Source: Clostridium sp. CAG:914 (GTDB taxonomy: Bacteria > Bacillota_I > Bacilli_A > RF39 > UBA660). From it: a DNA stretch of 14,507 nt. Positions 7,789 to 14,507 of this stretch are shown here, one piece after another. The position numbers and the translations under genes are program-made. The first letter of the stretch is position 1. Every line of letters starts with the position of its first letter. Below the pieces are notes generated by a model that was not told the DNA's origin, did no database searches, and saw only the letters and a list, made by a program, of their open reading frames with translations. The stretch lies in the NCBI GenBank assembly GCA_000437895.1, contig FR902159.1:5962-20468 (forward strand), given 5' to 3'.

Positions 7789-8973
7789 TTATTCAATAAT
7801 TTCAGATACTGTACCAGCACCAACTGTTCTTCCACCTTCACGGATAGAGAACTTAGTACCATTTTCAACAGCAATTGGAGCTATTAATTCAACAGTAATA
7901 GTTACATTATCACCAGGCATAACCATTTCAACACCATCTGGTAATGTAATTACACCAGTAACATCTGTAGTTCTGAAATAGAATTGTGGTCTGTAGTTTG
8001 TAAAGAATGGAGTATGTCTTCCACCTTCTTCTTTAGAAAGTACATATACTTGTGCTTTAAATTTCTTATGTGGATGAACACTTCCTGGTTTAGCAAGAAC
8101 TTGACCTCTTTCAACATCTTCACGAGCAATACCACGAAGTAATACACCAGCATTATCTCCTGCTTCTGCATAATCAAGTTGTTTTCTAAACATTTCAATA
8201 CCAGTAACAACTGTTTTCTTAGTATCTTTTAAACCAACGATTTCAACTTCATCATTTAATTTTAATTGACCTCTTTCAACACGTCCAGTAACAACTGTTC
8301 CACGACCTGTAATTGTAAATACGTCTTCAATTGACATTAAGAATGGTTTGTCATTATCTCTTTCTGGAGTTGGAATCCATTCATCAACTGCATCCATTAA
8401 TTCATCAATCTTAGGAGTCCAAGCTGGGTCACCTTCAAGAGCTTTAAGAGCTGAACCTCTAATAATTGGAGTATTATCTCCATCATAACCATATTCAGTT
8501 AATAATTCTCTGATTTCCATTTCTACTAAATCTAGTAATTCTTCATCATCAACCATATCACATTTGTTCATGAATACTACCATTTTAGGTACTCCAACTT
8601 GACGAGCAAGTAAGATATGTTCTCTAGTTTGAGCCATTGGTCCATCAGTAGCAGCAATAACTAGTATTGCACCATCCATTTGAGCTGCACCAGTAATCAT
8701 GTTTTTAACATAGTCAGCATGTCCTGGACAGTCAACGTGAGCATAGTGTCTTTTTTCAGTACTGTACTCAATATGAGCAGTATTGATTGTAATACCTCTT
8801 TCTCTTTCTTCTGGAGCTTTATCGATATTTGAAAATTCTACTTTTTCATTACCATTTTTTCCAGCTAAATGTGCTGATATAGCAGCAGTTAATGTTGTTT
8901 TACCATGGTCAACATGACCGATTGTACCAATATTAACATGTGGTTTGCTTCTATCAAATTTTTGTTTTGCCAT
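7789..8973 (-). CDS. tuf: Translation elongation factor Tu.
   Basis: Unmistakable 394-aa EF-Tu: [22 protein letters not shown], and the C-terminal [26 protein letters not shown] is upstream. Confidence 0.99.
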   Translation of the reverse strand: MAKQKFDRSKPHVNIGTIGHVDHGKTTLTAAISAHLAGKNGNEKVEFSNIDKAPEERERGITINTAHIEYSTEKRHYAHVDCPGHADYVKNMITGAAQMDGAILVIAATDGPMAQTREHILLARQVGVPKMVVFMNKCDMVDDEELLDLVEMEIRELLTEYGYDGDNTPIIRGSALKALEGDPAWTPKIDELMDAVDEWIPTPERDNDKPFLMSIEDVFTITGRGTVVTGRVERGQLKLNDEVEIVGLKDTKKTVVTGIEMFRKQLDYAEAGDNAGVLLRGIAREDVERGQVLAKPGSVHPHKKFKAQVYVLSKEEGGRHTPFFTNYRPQFYFRTTDVTGVITLPDGVEMVMPGDNVTITVELIAPIAVENGTKFSIREGGRTVGAGTVSEIIE

Positions 8974-9010
8974 TTTATTTTCCTCTCTTTCTTAATTGTT
9001 TACATATTAT

Positions 9011-9038
9011 ATTTTAGCAAAAATTTATTTTTTTTCAA
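9011..9038 (-). promoter_or_regulatory. Candidate internal promoter for tuf in the fusA-tuf spacer.
   Basis: The minus strand reads TTGAAA (9038-9033), a 16-nt spacer ending in TGc, then TAAAAT (9016-9011). A perfect TATAAT overlaps 5 nt downstream. Secondary tuf promoters are known in other bacteria, but this AT-rich spacer could match by chance. Confidence 0.4.
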
Positions 9039-9047
9039 GATGTTTTA

Positions 9048-11120
9048 TTAATTTACACCATTTTTCTTTATTATTTCTTCTGAAATTGATTTTGGAACTT
9101 CTTCATAATGATCGAATGTCATAGTATAGTTACCTCTACCTTGAGTATTTGATCTTAGTGTAGTAGCATAACCAAACATTTCAGCAAGTGGAACCATAGC
9201 AGTAAATGCAATTGCATTTCCTCTAGATTCTTGACCAAGTGGTTTACCTCTTCTAGAAGTAATATCACCAATTACACCACCAGTATATTCATCTGGAGCC
9301 ACTACTACTACTTTAACAATAGGTTCAAGAAGTACAGGCTTACATTTATTTTTCATTTCTTTAACAGCAAGAGATGCTGCAATTTTAAATGCCATTTCAG
9401 ATGAGTCAACATCATGGTATGATCCATCATATAATGTAGCTTTAATATCTACCATAGGATATCCAGCAAGAACACCTGATTGTAATGCTTCTTGAAGACC
9501 CTTATCTACTACAGAGATATATTCACGAGGAACAACACCTCCAACTACATTATCAACAAATTCATAACCCTTTTCTGGATTAGGTTCAAATCTAACCCAT
9601 ACATGACCATATTGTCCACGACCACCAGATTGTTTAATATGTTTACCTTCACACTCTCCCATTTGTGTAATTGTTTCACGATAAGCAACTTGAGGAGCAC
9701 CAACTGTAGCTTCAACTCCAAATTCTCTTCTCATTCTATCAATTAATACATCTAAGTGAAGTTCACCCATTCCAGAAATAACTGTTTGACCAGTTTCTGG
9801 ATCAGTTCTCATTTTAAATGTTGGATCTTCTTCAGCAAGTTTTGCTAATGCAAGACCCATTTTATCTTGGTCAGCCTTTGATTTTGGTTCAACAGCTTGT
9901 GATATAACAGGTTCTGGGAAATCCATACCCTTCATAACAACAACTTTCTTCTCATCACATAATGTATCAGCTGTCGTTGTATTTTTAAATCCAACAGCAG
10001 CAGCTATATCACCAGCAAAAACTTCTGTAATTTCAGAACGATGATTAGCATGCATTTGTAAAATTCTTCCAACTCTTTCTTTAACACCTTTAGTAGAATT
10101 CATTACATAACTTCCACTTTTTAAAGTACCAGAATATACTCTGAAGAATGTTAATTTTCCAACAAATGGATCTGTCATAACCTTAAATGCTAAAGCAGTA
10201 AAAGGTTCATTATCAGATGGATGTCTTTTTACTTCATTACCCTTATCATCAAAGCATTCAATCGCCTCAATGTCTGTTGGAGCAGGTAAATAATCAATAA
10301 CTGCATCAAGTAATGGTTTAATACCCTTATTTCCTAATGCTGTTCCACACATAAATGGAAAGAATTCTGCAGATAATGTTCCCTTTCTAATTGCTCTTTT
10401 TAACATAGGAACATCTATCTCTTCGCCATCTAAATATTTCATCATTAATTCTTCATCATAATCAGCAACAGCTTCAATTAATTTATTTCTATATTCAATA
10501 GCTTCATCTTTTAATTCAGCAGGTATTTCAATTTCTTTAGCATTTTCTTCTGTACTACCATCAAATTCAATAGCTTTCATTTCTACTAAATCAATAACAC
10601 CTTTAAAATCAGCCTCAGCACCAATAGGAAGTTCAATAGGCAAACTCTTTGCTCCTAATCTTTCCTTGATACTATTTAAACTCATAAAGAAATCTGCACC
10701 CATCTTATCCATCTTATTAGAGAATATTATTCTAGGTACTTTATAATCATTTGCTTGTCTCCATACTGTTTCACTTTGTGGTTCTACACCAGCTTGTGAG
10801 TCTAGTAATAAAACAGCACCATCTAATACTCTTAAACTTCTTTGAACTTCAATAGTAAAGTCAACGTGTCCTGGAGTATCTATAATATTGAATCTATAAC
10901 CTTTCCAATATGCTGTCGTAGCAGCACTAGTGATAGTAATACCTCTTTCTTGTTCTTGTTCCATCCAGTCCATTTGAGAAGCACCATCATGAGTTTCACC
11001 CATTTTGTGAATCTTTCCTGTATGGTATAGAATTCTTTCTGTACAAGTAGTCTTACCAGCATCTATATGGGCCATGATACCAATATTTCTTGTTTTTTCT
11101 AAGCTTATTTCACGAGCCAT
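9048..11120 (-). CDS. fusA: Translation elongation factor G.
   Basis: 690 aa with [21 protein letters not shown] and full-length EF-G domain order. Confidence 0.99.
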   Translation of the reverse strand: MAREISLEKTRNIGIMAHIDAGKTTCTERILYHTGKIHKMGETHDGASQMDWMEQEQERGITITSAATTAYWKGYRFNIIDTPGHVDFTIEVQRSLRVLDGAVLLLDSQAGVEPQSETVWRQANDYKVPRIIFSNKMDKMGADFFMSLNSIKERLGAKSLPIELPIGAEADFKGVIDLVEMKAIEFDGSTEENAKEIEIPAELKDEAIEYRNKLIEAVADYDEELMMKYLDGEEIDVPMLKRAIRKGTLSAEFFPFMCGTALGNKGIKPLLDAVIDYLPAPTDIEAIECFDDKGNEVKRHPSDNEPFTALAFKVMTDPFVGKLTFFRVYSGTLKSGSYVMNSTKGVKERVGRILQMHANHRSEITEVFAGDIAAAVGFKNTTTADTLCDEKKVVVMKGMDFPEPVISQAVEPKSKADQDKMGLALAKLAEEDPTFKMRTDPETGQTVISGMGELHLDVLIDRMRREFGVEATVGAPQVAYRETITQMGECEGKHIKQSGGRGQYGHVWVRFEPNPEKGYEFVDNVVGGVVPREYISVVDKGLQEALQSGVLAGYPMVDIKATLYDGSYHDVDSSEMAFKIAASLAVKEMKNKCKPVLLEPIVKVVVVAPDEYTGGVIGDITSRRGKPLGQESRGNAIAFTAMVPLAEMFGYATTLRSNTQGRGNYTMTFDHYEEVPKSISEEIIKKNGVN

Positions 11121-11138
11121 ACTTATTTTTCCTTTCTC

Positions 11139-11606
11139 TTACCATCTATAATGAGCAAATGCCTTATTAGCTTCTGCCATCTTATGAGTATCGTCTTTTT
11201 TCTTAACACTTGCACCTATACCATTAGATGCATCAATTATTTCATTTGCTAAATTTTCAGCCATACTATGACCATTTCTTAATCTAGCATAATTTATTAA
11301 CCAACGAAAAGTTAAAGCTTGTGCTCTATCTGGTTTAACTTCAACTGGAACTTGATAATTAGTTCCACCAACTCTTCTTGATTTTACTTCTAAAGATGGT
11401 TTAATATTATTCATAGCCTTTTCAAAAACTTCCATAGGTTCAGTATTTGTTTTAGTCTTAATTATATCAAATGCATCATATAGAATTCTTTGAGCTGTTC
11501 CTTTTTTACCATCTTTCATTATTTGATTAATTAATTTAGTTACAACTTTAGAATTGTATATTGGATCTGGTAATACATCTCTTTTTGTTGCTTGTCTCTT
11601 TCTCAT
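11139..11606 (-). CDS. rpsG: 30S ribosomal protein S7.
   Basis: 155 aa: [27 protein letters not shown]...[17 protein letters not shown] is upstream. Confidence 0.98.
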   Translation of the reverse strand: MRKRQATKRDVLPDPIYNSKVVTKLINQIMKDGKKGTAQRILYDAFDIIKTKTNTEPMEVFEKAMNNIKPSLEVKSRRVGGTNYQVPVEVKPDRAQALTFRWLINYARLRNGHSMAENLANEIIDASNGIGASVKKKDDTHKMAEANKAFAHYRW

Positions 11607-11637
11607 ATTATCCTCCCTTCGATAGTATATATTTCAA

Positions 11638-12051
11638 TTATTTCTTAGGTTTCTTAGCACCATATTTTGAACGACCTTGTTGTCTATTTTGAACTCCAGC
11701 AGTATCCATAGTACCACGAATAATGTGATAACGAACACCGATTAAGTCCTTAACTCTACCGCCTCTTACTAAAACAACACTATGCTCTTGTAAATTATGT
11801 CCAATTCCTGGAATATAACAAGTCACTTCAAGACCATTAGATAATCTAACCCTAGCATATTTTCTTAAAGCAGAGTTTGGTTTTTTAGGTGTCATTGTTC
11901 CAACCCTAGTACATACTCCTCTTTTTTGAGGTGAGTTTAACTTCGTTTGTTTTCTAGCAATTGTATTTACACCAAATCCTAAAACTGGAGATTTACTCTT
12001 TCTAGTTTTTTTACTTCTTCTCTTCTTAGTCAATTGATTAATTGTTGGCAT
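11638..12051 (-). CDS. rpsL: 30S ribosomal protein S12.
   Basis: The true start is the ATG at 12051 ([10 protein letters not shown]...) with AGAGGAGGA 5 nt upstream. The track's 24-codon extension to 12123 is leader sequence. Conserved [24 protein letters not shown] and [20 protein letters not shown]. Confidence 0.97.
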   Translation of the reverse strand: MPTINQLTKKRRSKKTRKSKSPVLGFGVNTIARKQTKLNSPQKRGVCTRVGTMTPKKPNSALRKYARVRLSNGLEVTCYIPGIGHNLQEHSVVLVRGGRVKDLIGVRYHIIRGTMDTAGVQNRQQGRSKYGAKKPKK

Positions 12052-12146
12052 TATAGTCCTCCTCTCTTGCACACACCCTGGTGTTTCATATATTCCTGTA
12101 AATATAAGTTTTGCCCATGACAAAACCTAAATTTAACAACGCTATA

Positions 12147-12175
12147 ATAATATCAAATTATATTTTAAAAGTCAA
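12147..12175 (-). promoter_or_regulatory. Strong extended -10 sigma-A promoter of the str operon, followed by a leader of about 90 nt with a 5' stem-loop.
   Basis: The minus strand reads TTGACT (12175-12170), a 17-nt spacer ending in TGa, then TATTAT (12152-12147). The leader contains hairpin AGGUUUUG-UCAUGGG-CAAAACUU (12128-12106). Confidence 0.6.
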
Positions 12176-12196
12176 TACATAATCGACGACTTTTTA

Positions 12197-12931
12197 CTAT
12201 ATCAACATCAATTTCTTCAAAAATTCCTTTGATTTTAAATATAATCCCGAATACCTATCATAATAATCATCAATAAATTGATTTAATTCCCTTTTAATAT
12301 TATCAGATATATCCAACTTACTTATCTTAGATATATCTACATAATAAAACATCCTTAACAACTTAATAGTCTTAATATTTACTATTCTCTCTTCCAAAAC
12401 ACAATTCTTACACAAATACCCCCCTCTATAACTGGAAACCGTAACTATATCATCTACATTTCCACAATTAACACAAGAATCAATAACAGGTTTAATTCCC
12501 AAATAATCTAGTAATTTAAGTTCCAATATATTACTAATTACTAAAGCATCAAACCCCTCATCTATCTTCTTTAAACTATCAAGTAATAACTTATATATAT
12601 CATTATTATTTTCATGTCTATAAACTTGCATACTAAGTTCTAATAAATAACAAGCATAACTTATCAAATTTATATCTTTTCTAATATGTTTAAACCCATC
12701 TATAACATCTATATCAATTAAAGTAGATAATCCCTTATCTTTATAATATAAATGAAAAATACCATAAGTTAACTTAGTAGTCATACCACCAAAATTATTT
12801 TTAACCTTCTTAGTACCTCTAGCAATAACCCCAATCAACCCATCATCTTTAGTTAAAATATTTATTATCTTACTACTTTCTTTATAATCTACTTCACTTA
12901 CTATTATTCCTTCTACTTTCTTTATCGTCAT
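12197..12931 (-). CDS. recO: DNA repair/recombination mediator RecO.
   Basis: OB-fold N-terminus VEGIIVSEVDYKESSKIINILTKDDGLIGVIARG, and zinc finger CVNCG-x17-CKNC. I prefer the ATG at 12931 (GAGG 9 nt upstream) over the TTG at 12946. Confidence 0.9.
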   Translation of the reverse strand: MTIKKVEGIIVSEVDYKESSKIINILTKDDGLIGVIARGTKKVKNNFGGMTTKLTYGIFHLYYKDKGLSTLIDIDVIDGFKHIRKDINLISYACYLLELSMQVYRHENNNDIYKLLLDSLKKIDEGFDALVISNILELKLLDYLGIKPVIDSCVNCGNVDDIVTVSSYRGGYLCKNCVLEERIVNIKTIKLLRMFYYVDISKISKLDISDNIKRELNQFIDDYYDRYSGLYLKSKEFLKKLMLI

Positions 12932-13019
12932 TTTCTCTAGCCTCAAGTTCCTTATACTTTAAATAATACTCTATTTTACCCGTCAATTTAAACATCAAAA
13001 ACAAATCATTACTCTTCAT
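12894..13019 (-). CDS. Small YqzL-family-like protein (41 aa); not in the supplied ORF track.
   Basis: Hand translation from ATG 13019 (SD AGGTGA 5 nt upstream) gives MKSNDLFLMFKLTGKIEYYLKYKELEARENDDKESRRNNSK, with stop TGA at 12896-12894. It sits between era and recO, and the TG-x-IEYYL-x-YKELE motif matches the small yqzL gene found there in Bacillus-type genomes. It overlaps the recO start by 38 nt. Confidence 0.65.
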   Translation of the reverse strand: MKSNDLFLMFKLTGKIEYYLKYKELEARENDDKESRRNNSK

Positions 13020-13067
13020 TTTAATCACCTATTATAATAATGATATACTTTATACATTTTTATACAA

Positions 13068-13961
13068 TTAATTATCTAATTTAAAATCTTTATACCCAAT
13101 TTCATTCAAATACTTCTCTCTATCACGCCACTTTTCAATAACCTTAACAAACAATTCCAAATATACCTTCTTACCAAGTAATTCTTCTATTTCTATTCTA
13201 GCTCTCCTACCAATCTCTTTTATCATAGTACCTTGTTTACCAATAATTATTCTCTTCAAATTTTCCCTATCTATAACAATCATAGCTTTTATATTAACAA
13301 CATTCTTATCATAACTTATATCTTCTGTTACAACATTAACACTATGTGGAACCTCTTCATGAGTTAACTCAAGTATCTTTTCCCTAATTATTTCTGATAT
13401 CATAAAACTATTAGATACATTAGTCACAACATCATCTTCATAATATTTTATATTATCCGTAAGTTTACCCTTTAAAATAGATATTAATCTATCAATATTA
13501 TCCCCCTTAACGGCAGAAACAGGAACTATCTCATCAAAATCGTATAAATCCTTATACTCTTCTATCTTATGCAATATTTCACTCTTAGGTAACCTATCTA
13601 TCTTATTAATAACTAATATAACTGGTTTTGATGTATTTTTAAATAAATCAATAATAAATTTATCTCCCTTACCCAAATTCTCTGTAATATCCACAAGAAA
13701 AAGAATAATATCAACATCATCCATAGAAATATATGCTTCTTTATTTAATATTTTACCAAGTCTATTCTTAGGTTTATGAATACCTGGAGTATCTATAAAA
13801 ATCATTTGTGAATCATTATCAGTATATATTCCTTGTATAATATTTCTAGTAGTCTGTGGTTTATCAGAAGTAATCGCTATCTTTCTACCCATTATAGCAT
13901 TTAATAATGTACTCTTCCCTACATTAGGTCTCCCTACTAAAGCAATAAATCCACTTTTCAT
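13068..13961 (-). CDS. era: GTPase Era.
   Basis: G1 GRPNVGKST, G3 DTPG, G4 NKID, and a C-terminal KH domain (IIGKQGTMIKEIG). SD GGAGG is upstream. Confidence 0.97.
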   Translation of the reverse strand: MKSGFIALVGRPNVGKSTLLNAIMGRKIAITSDKPQTTRNIIQGIYTDNDSQMIFIDTPGIHKPKNRLGKILNKEAYISMDDVDIILFLVDITENLGKGDKFIIDLFKNTSKPVILVINKIDRLPKSEILHKIEEYKDLYDFDEIVPVSAVKGDNIDRLISILKGKLTDNIKYYEDDVVTNVSNSFMISEIIREKILELTHEEVPHSVNVVTEDISYDKNVVNIKAMIVIDRENLKRIIIGKQGTMIKEIGRRARIEIEELLGKKVYLELFVKVIEKWRDREKYLNEIGYKDFKLDN

Positions 13962-13970
13962 ATTACCTCC

Positions 13971-14357
13971 TTATTTTAAATCATCATCTGAAAAAGGATA
14001 TGGACACAACTGTGAAACTGTAAATACCCTTTCCTCACCATTTAATCCCATTAAAACTATTTTTCCATCATCATCAAAAAATTCTGAAATAAATTGCCTA
14101 CATACAAAACAAGGTGTTGATAACTTATTTCCACTTACCATAATGTATATAGAATCAAAATCACCCTTTCTATATCCCATAGTAATAGCAGTCGTAATAG
14201 CATTTCTCTCTGAACATATAGAAGCCCCATAAGAAGCATTCTCAACATTAACACCCATAATTTCCTTACCATCTTTCATCTTAAGTATAGACGCAACACA
14301 AAACCCAGAATATGGTGCATAAGCATTATTTAATAATTCCTTTAATCTCTCTCTCAT
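13971..14357 (-). CDS. cdd: Cytidine deaminase (homotetrameric type).
   Basis: 128 aa with zinc and catalytic motifs CSERNA and PCFVCRQ. SD GGAG overlaps the ybeY stop. Confidence 0.92.
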   Translation of the reverse strand: MRERLKELLNNAYAPYSGFCVASILKMKDGKEIMGVNVENASYGASICSERNAITTAITMGYRKGDFDSIYIMVSGNKLSTPCFVCRQFISEFFDDDGKIVLMGLNGEERVFTVSQLCPYPFSDDDLK

Positions 14358-14367
14358 TTATAATCTC

Positions 14368-14507
14368 CTAACGTTTTATATTATACCCATCTAGTAATTC
14401 TTCTTGTAATGTAAACATTTTCTCTTCATCACTAACATTCATATGATCATAACCAAGTAAATGAAGTATACCATGTGTTGCTAAAAAACATAATTCTCTT
14501 TCCCTAG
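14368..14507 (-). CDS. ybeY: Endoribonuclease YbeY, C-terminal fragment (5' end outside the window).
   Basis: Hand translation gives ...[45 protein letters not shown], with stop TAG at 14370-14368. It carries the HGxLHLxGYDH metal-binding motif. Confidence 0.9.
   Translation of the reverse strand, partial: RERELCFLATHGILHLLGYDHMNVSDEEKMFTLQEELLDGYNIKR

Noticed and set aside
7950-8210. 86-aa minus-strand ORF nested out of frame inside tuf.
   Set aside because: It lies entirely within the highly conserved EF-Tu coding sequence in another frame. It has no SD and a low-complexity Leu/Lys/Val composition typical of off-frame AT-rich translation.
9492-9746. 84-aa plus-strand ORF antisense to fusA.
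   Set aside because: It is antisense to a conserved, highly expressed gene and has no SD or promoter. The composition (Asn/Ile/Phe/Thr/Ser) is what the reverse frame of AT-rich coding DNA produces.
10842-11062. Two short ORFs (62 aa on plus, 60 aa on minus) nested in the 5' part of fusA.
   Set aside because: Same reasoning as above. They overlap the EF-G GTPase domain coding region and have no translation signals or recognisable motifs.
7789-12051. Visibly higher G+C and different codon choice in tuf, fusA, rpsG and rpsL compared with the flanking genes; a possible sign of horizontal transfer of the flanks.
   Set aside because: This is the expected translational-selection codon bias of highly expressed genes (CGT, GGT, ACT, GAA preference). 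The flanking housekeeping genes (era, recO, cdd) are as AT-rich as the ABC operon, so composition does not mark the ABC region as foreign.
12052-12123. 24-codon N-terminal extension of rpsL in the ORF track ([24 protein letters not shown]).
   Set aside because: The canonical S12 N-terminus MPTINQL starts at 12051 with a strong AGAGGAGGA SD. The upstream ATG has no SD and lies inside the leader hairpin.
12167-12194. Hairpin AAAAGUC-N14-GACUUUU just after the recO stop, considered as a recO terminator.
   Set aside because: The 7-bp stem is almost all A:U, the loop is 14 nt, and there is no U-tract beyond the stem. It also overlaps the -35 box of the str promoter. recO transcripts probably read into the str operon or terminate inefficiently.
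1-14507. Possibility of genetic code 4 (TGA as Trp), given the very low G+C and Mollicutes-like gene compaction.
   Set aside because: Conserved Trp residues in EF-Tu are encoded by TGG. TGA ends the ABC-2 permease, the MacB-type ATPase and the yqzL-like ORF exactly where the next gene starts. All conserved proteins are full length under the standard code.

Overview
Very AT-rich bacterial window, probably a low-GC Bacillota-type genome using the standard code: TGA acts as a stop and Trp is TGG. Every gene I can support lies on the minus strand. In transcription order (high to low coordinates) there are three parts. (1) A conserved housekeeping run: ybeY (partial), cdd, era, a small yqzL-like ORF missing from the supplied track, and recO. 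(2) The str operon, rpsL-rpsG-fusA-tuf, with its own strong sigma-A-type promoter, a candidate internal tuf promoter, and two tandem intrinsic terminators after tuf. (3) An accessory operon at 7706 down to 1330: promoter plus palindromic operator, an ABC-2-type ATPase, a large 9-TM permease with an unassignable C-terminal domain, a short YtrA-type GntR regulator, a MacB/LolD-type ATPase, and an 840-aa double-FtsX permease. A possibly separately promoted pair follows: a 2-TM membrane protein and a secreted beta-sandwich-like protein that runs off the window. I see no CRISPR array, tRNA/rRNA, transposase, integrase or recognisable defence genes. The window is mostly ordinary. The points worth a second look are the rearranged ytr-like dual ABC module and its operator, whose half-sites recur in the tuf terminator; the orphan extracytoplasmic domain on the ABC-2 permease; and a natural Pro-to-Ile replacement at the streptomycin-phenotype proline of S12. 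All family assignments come from motif recognition by eye. No database search was possible.
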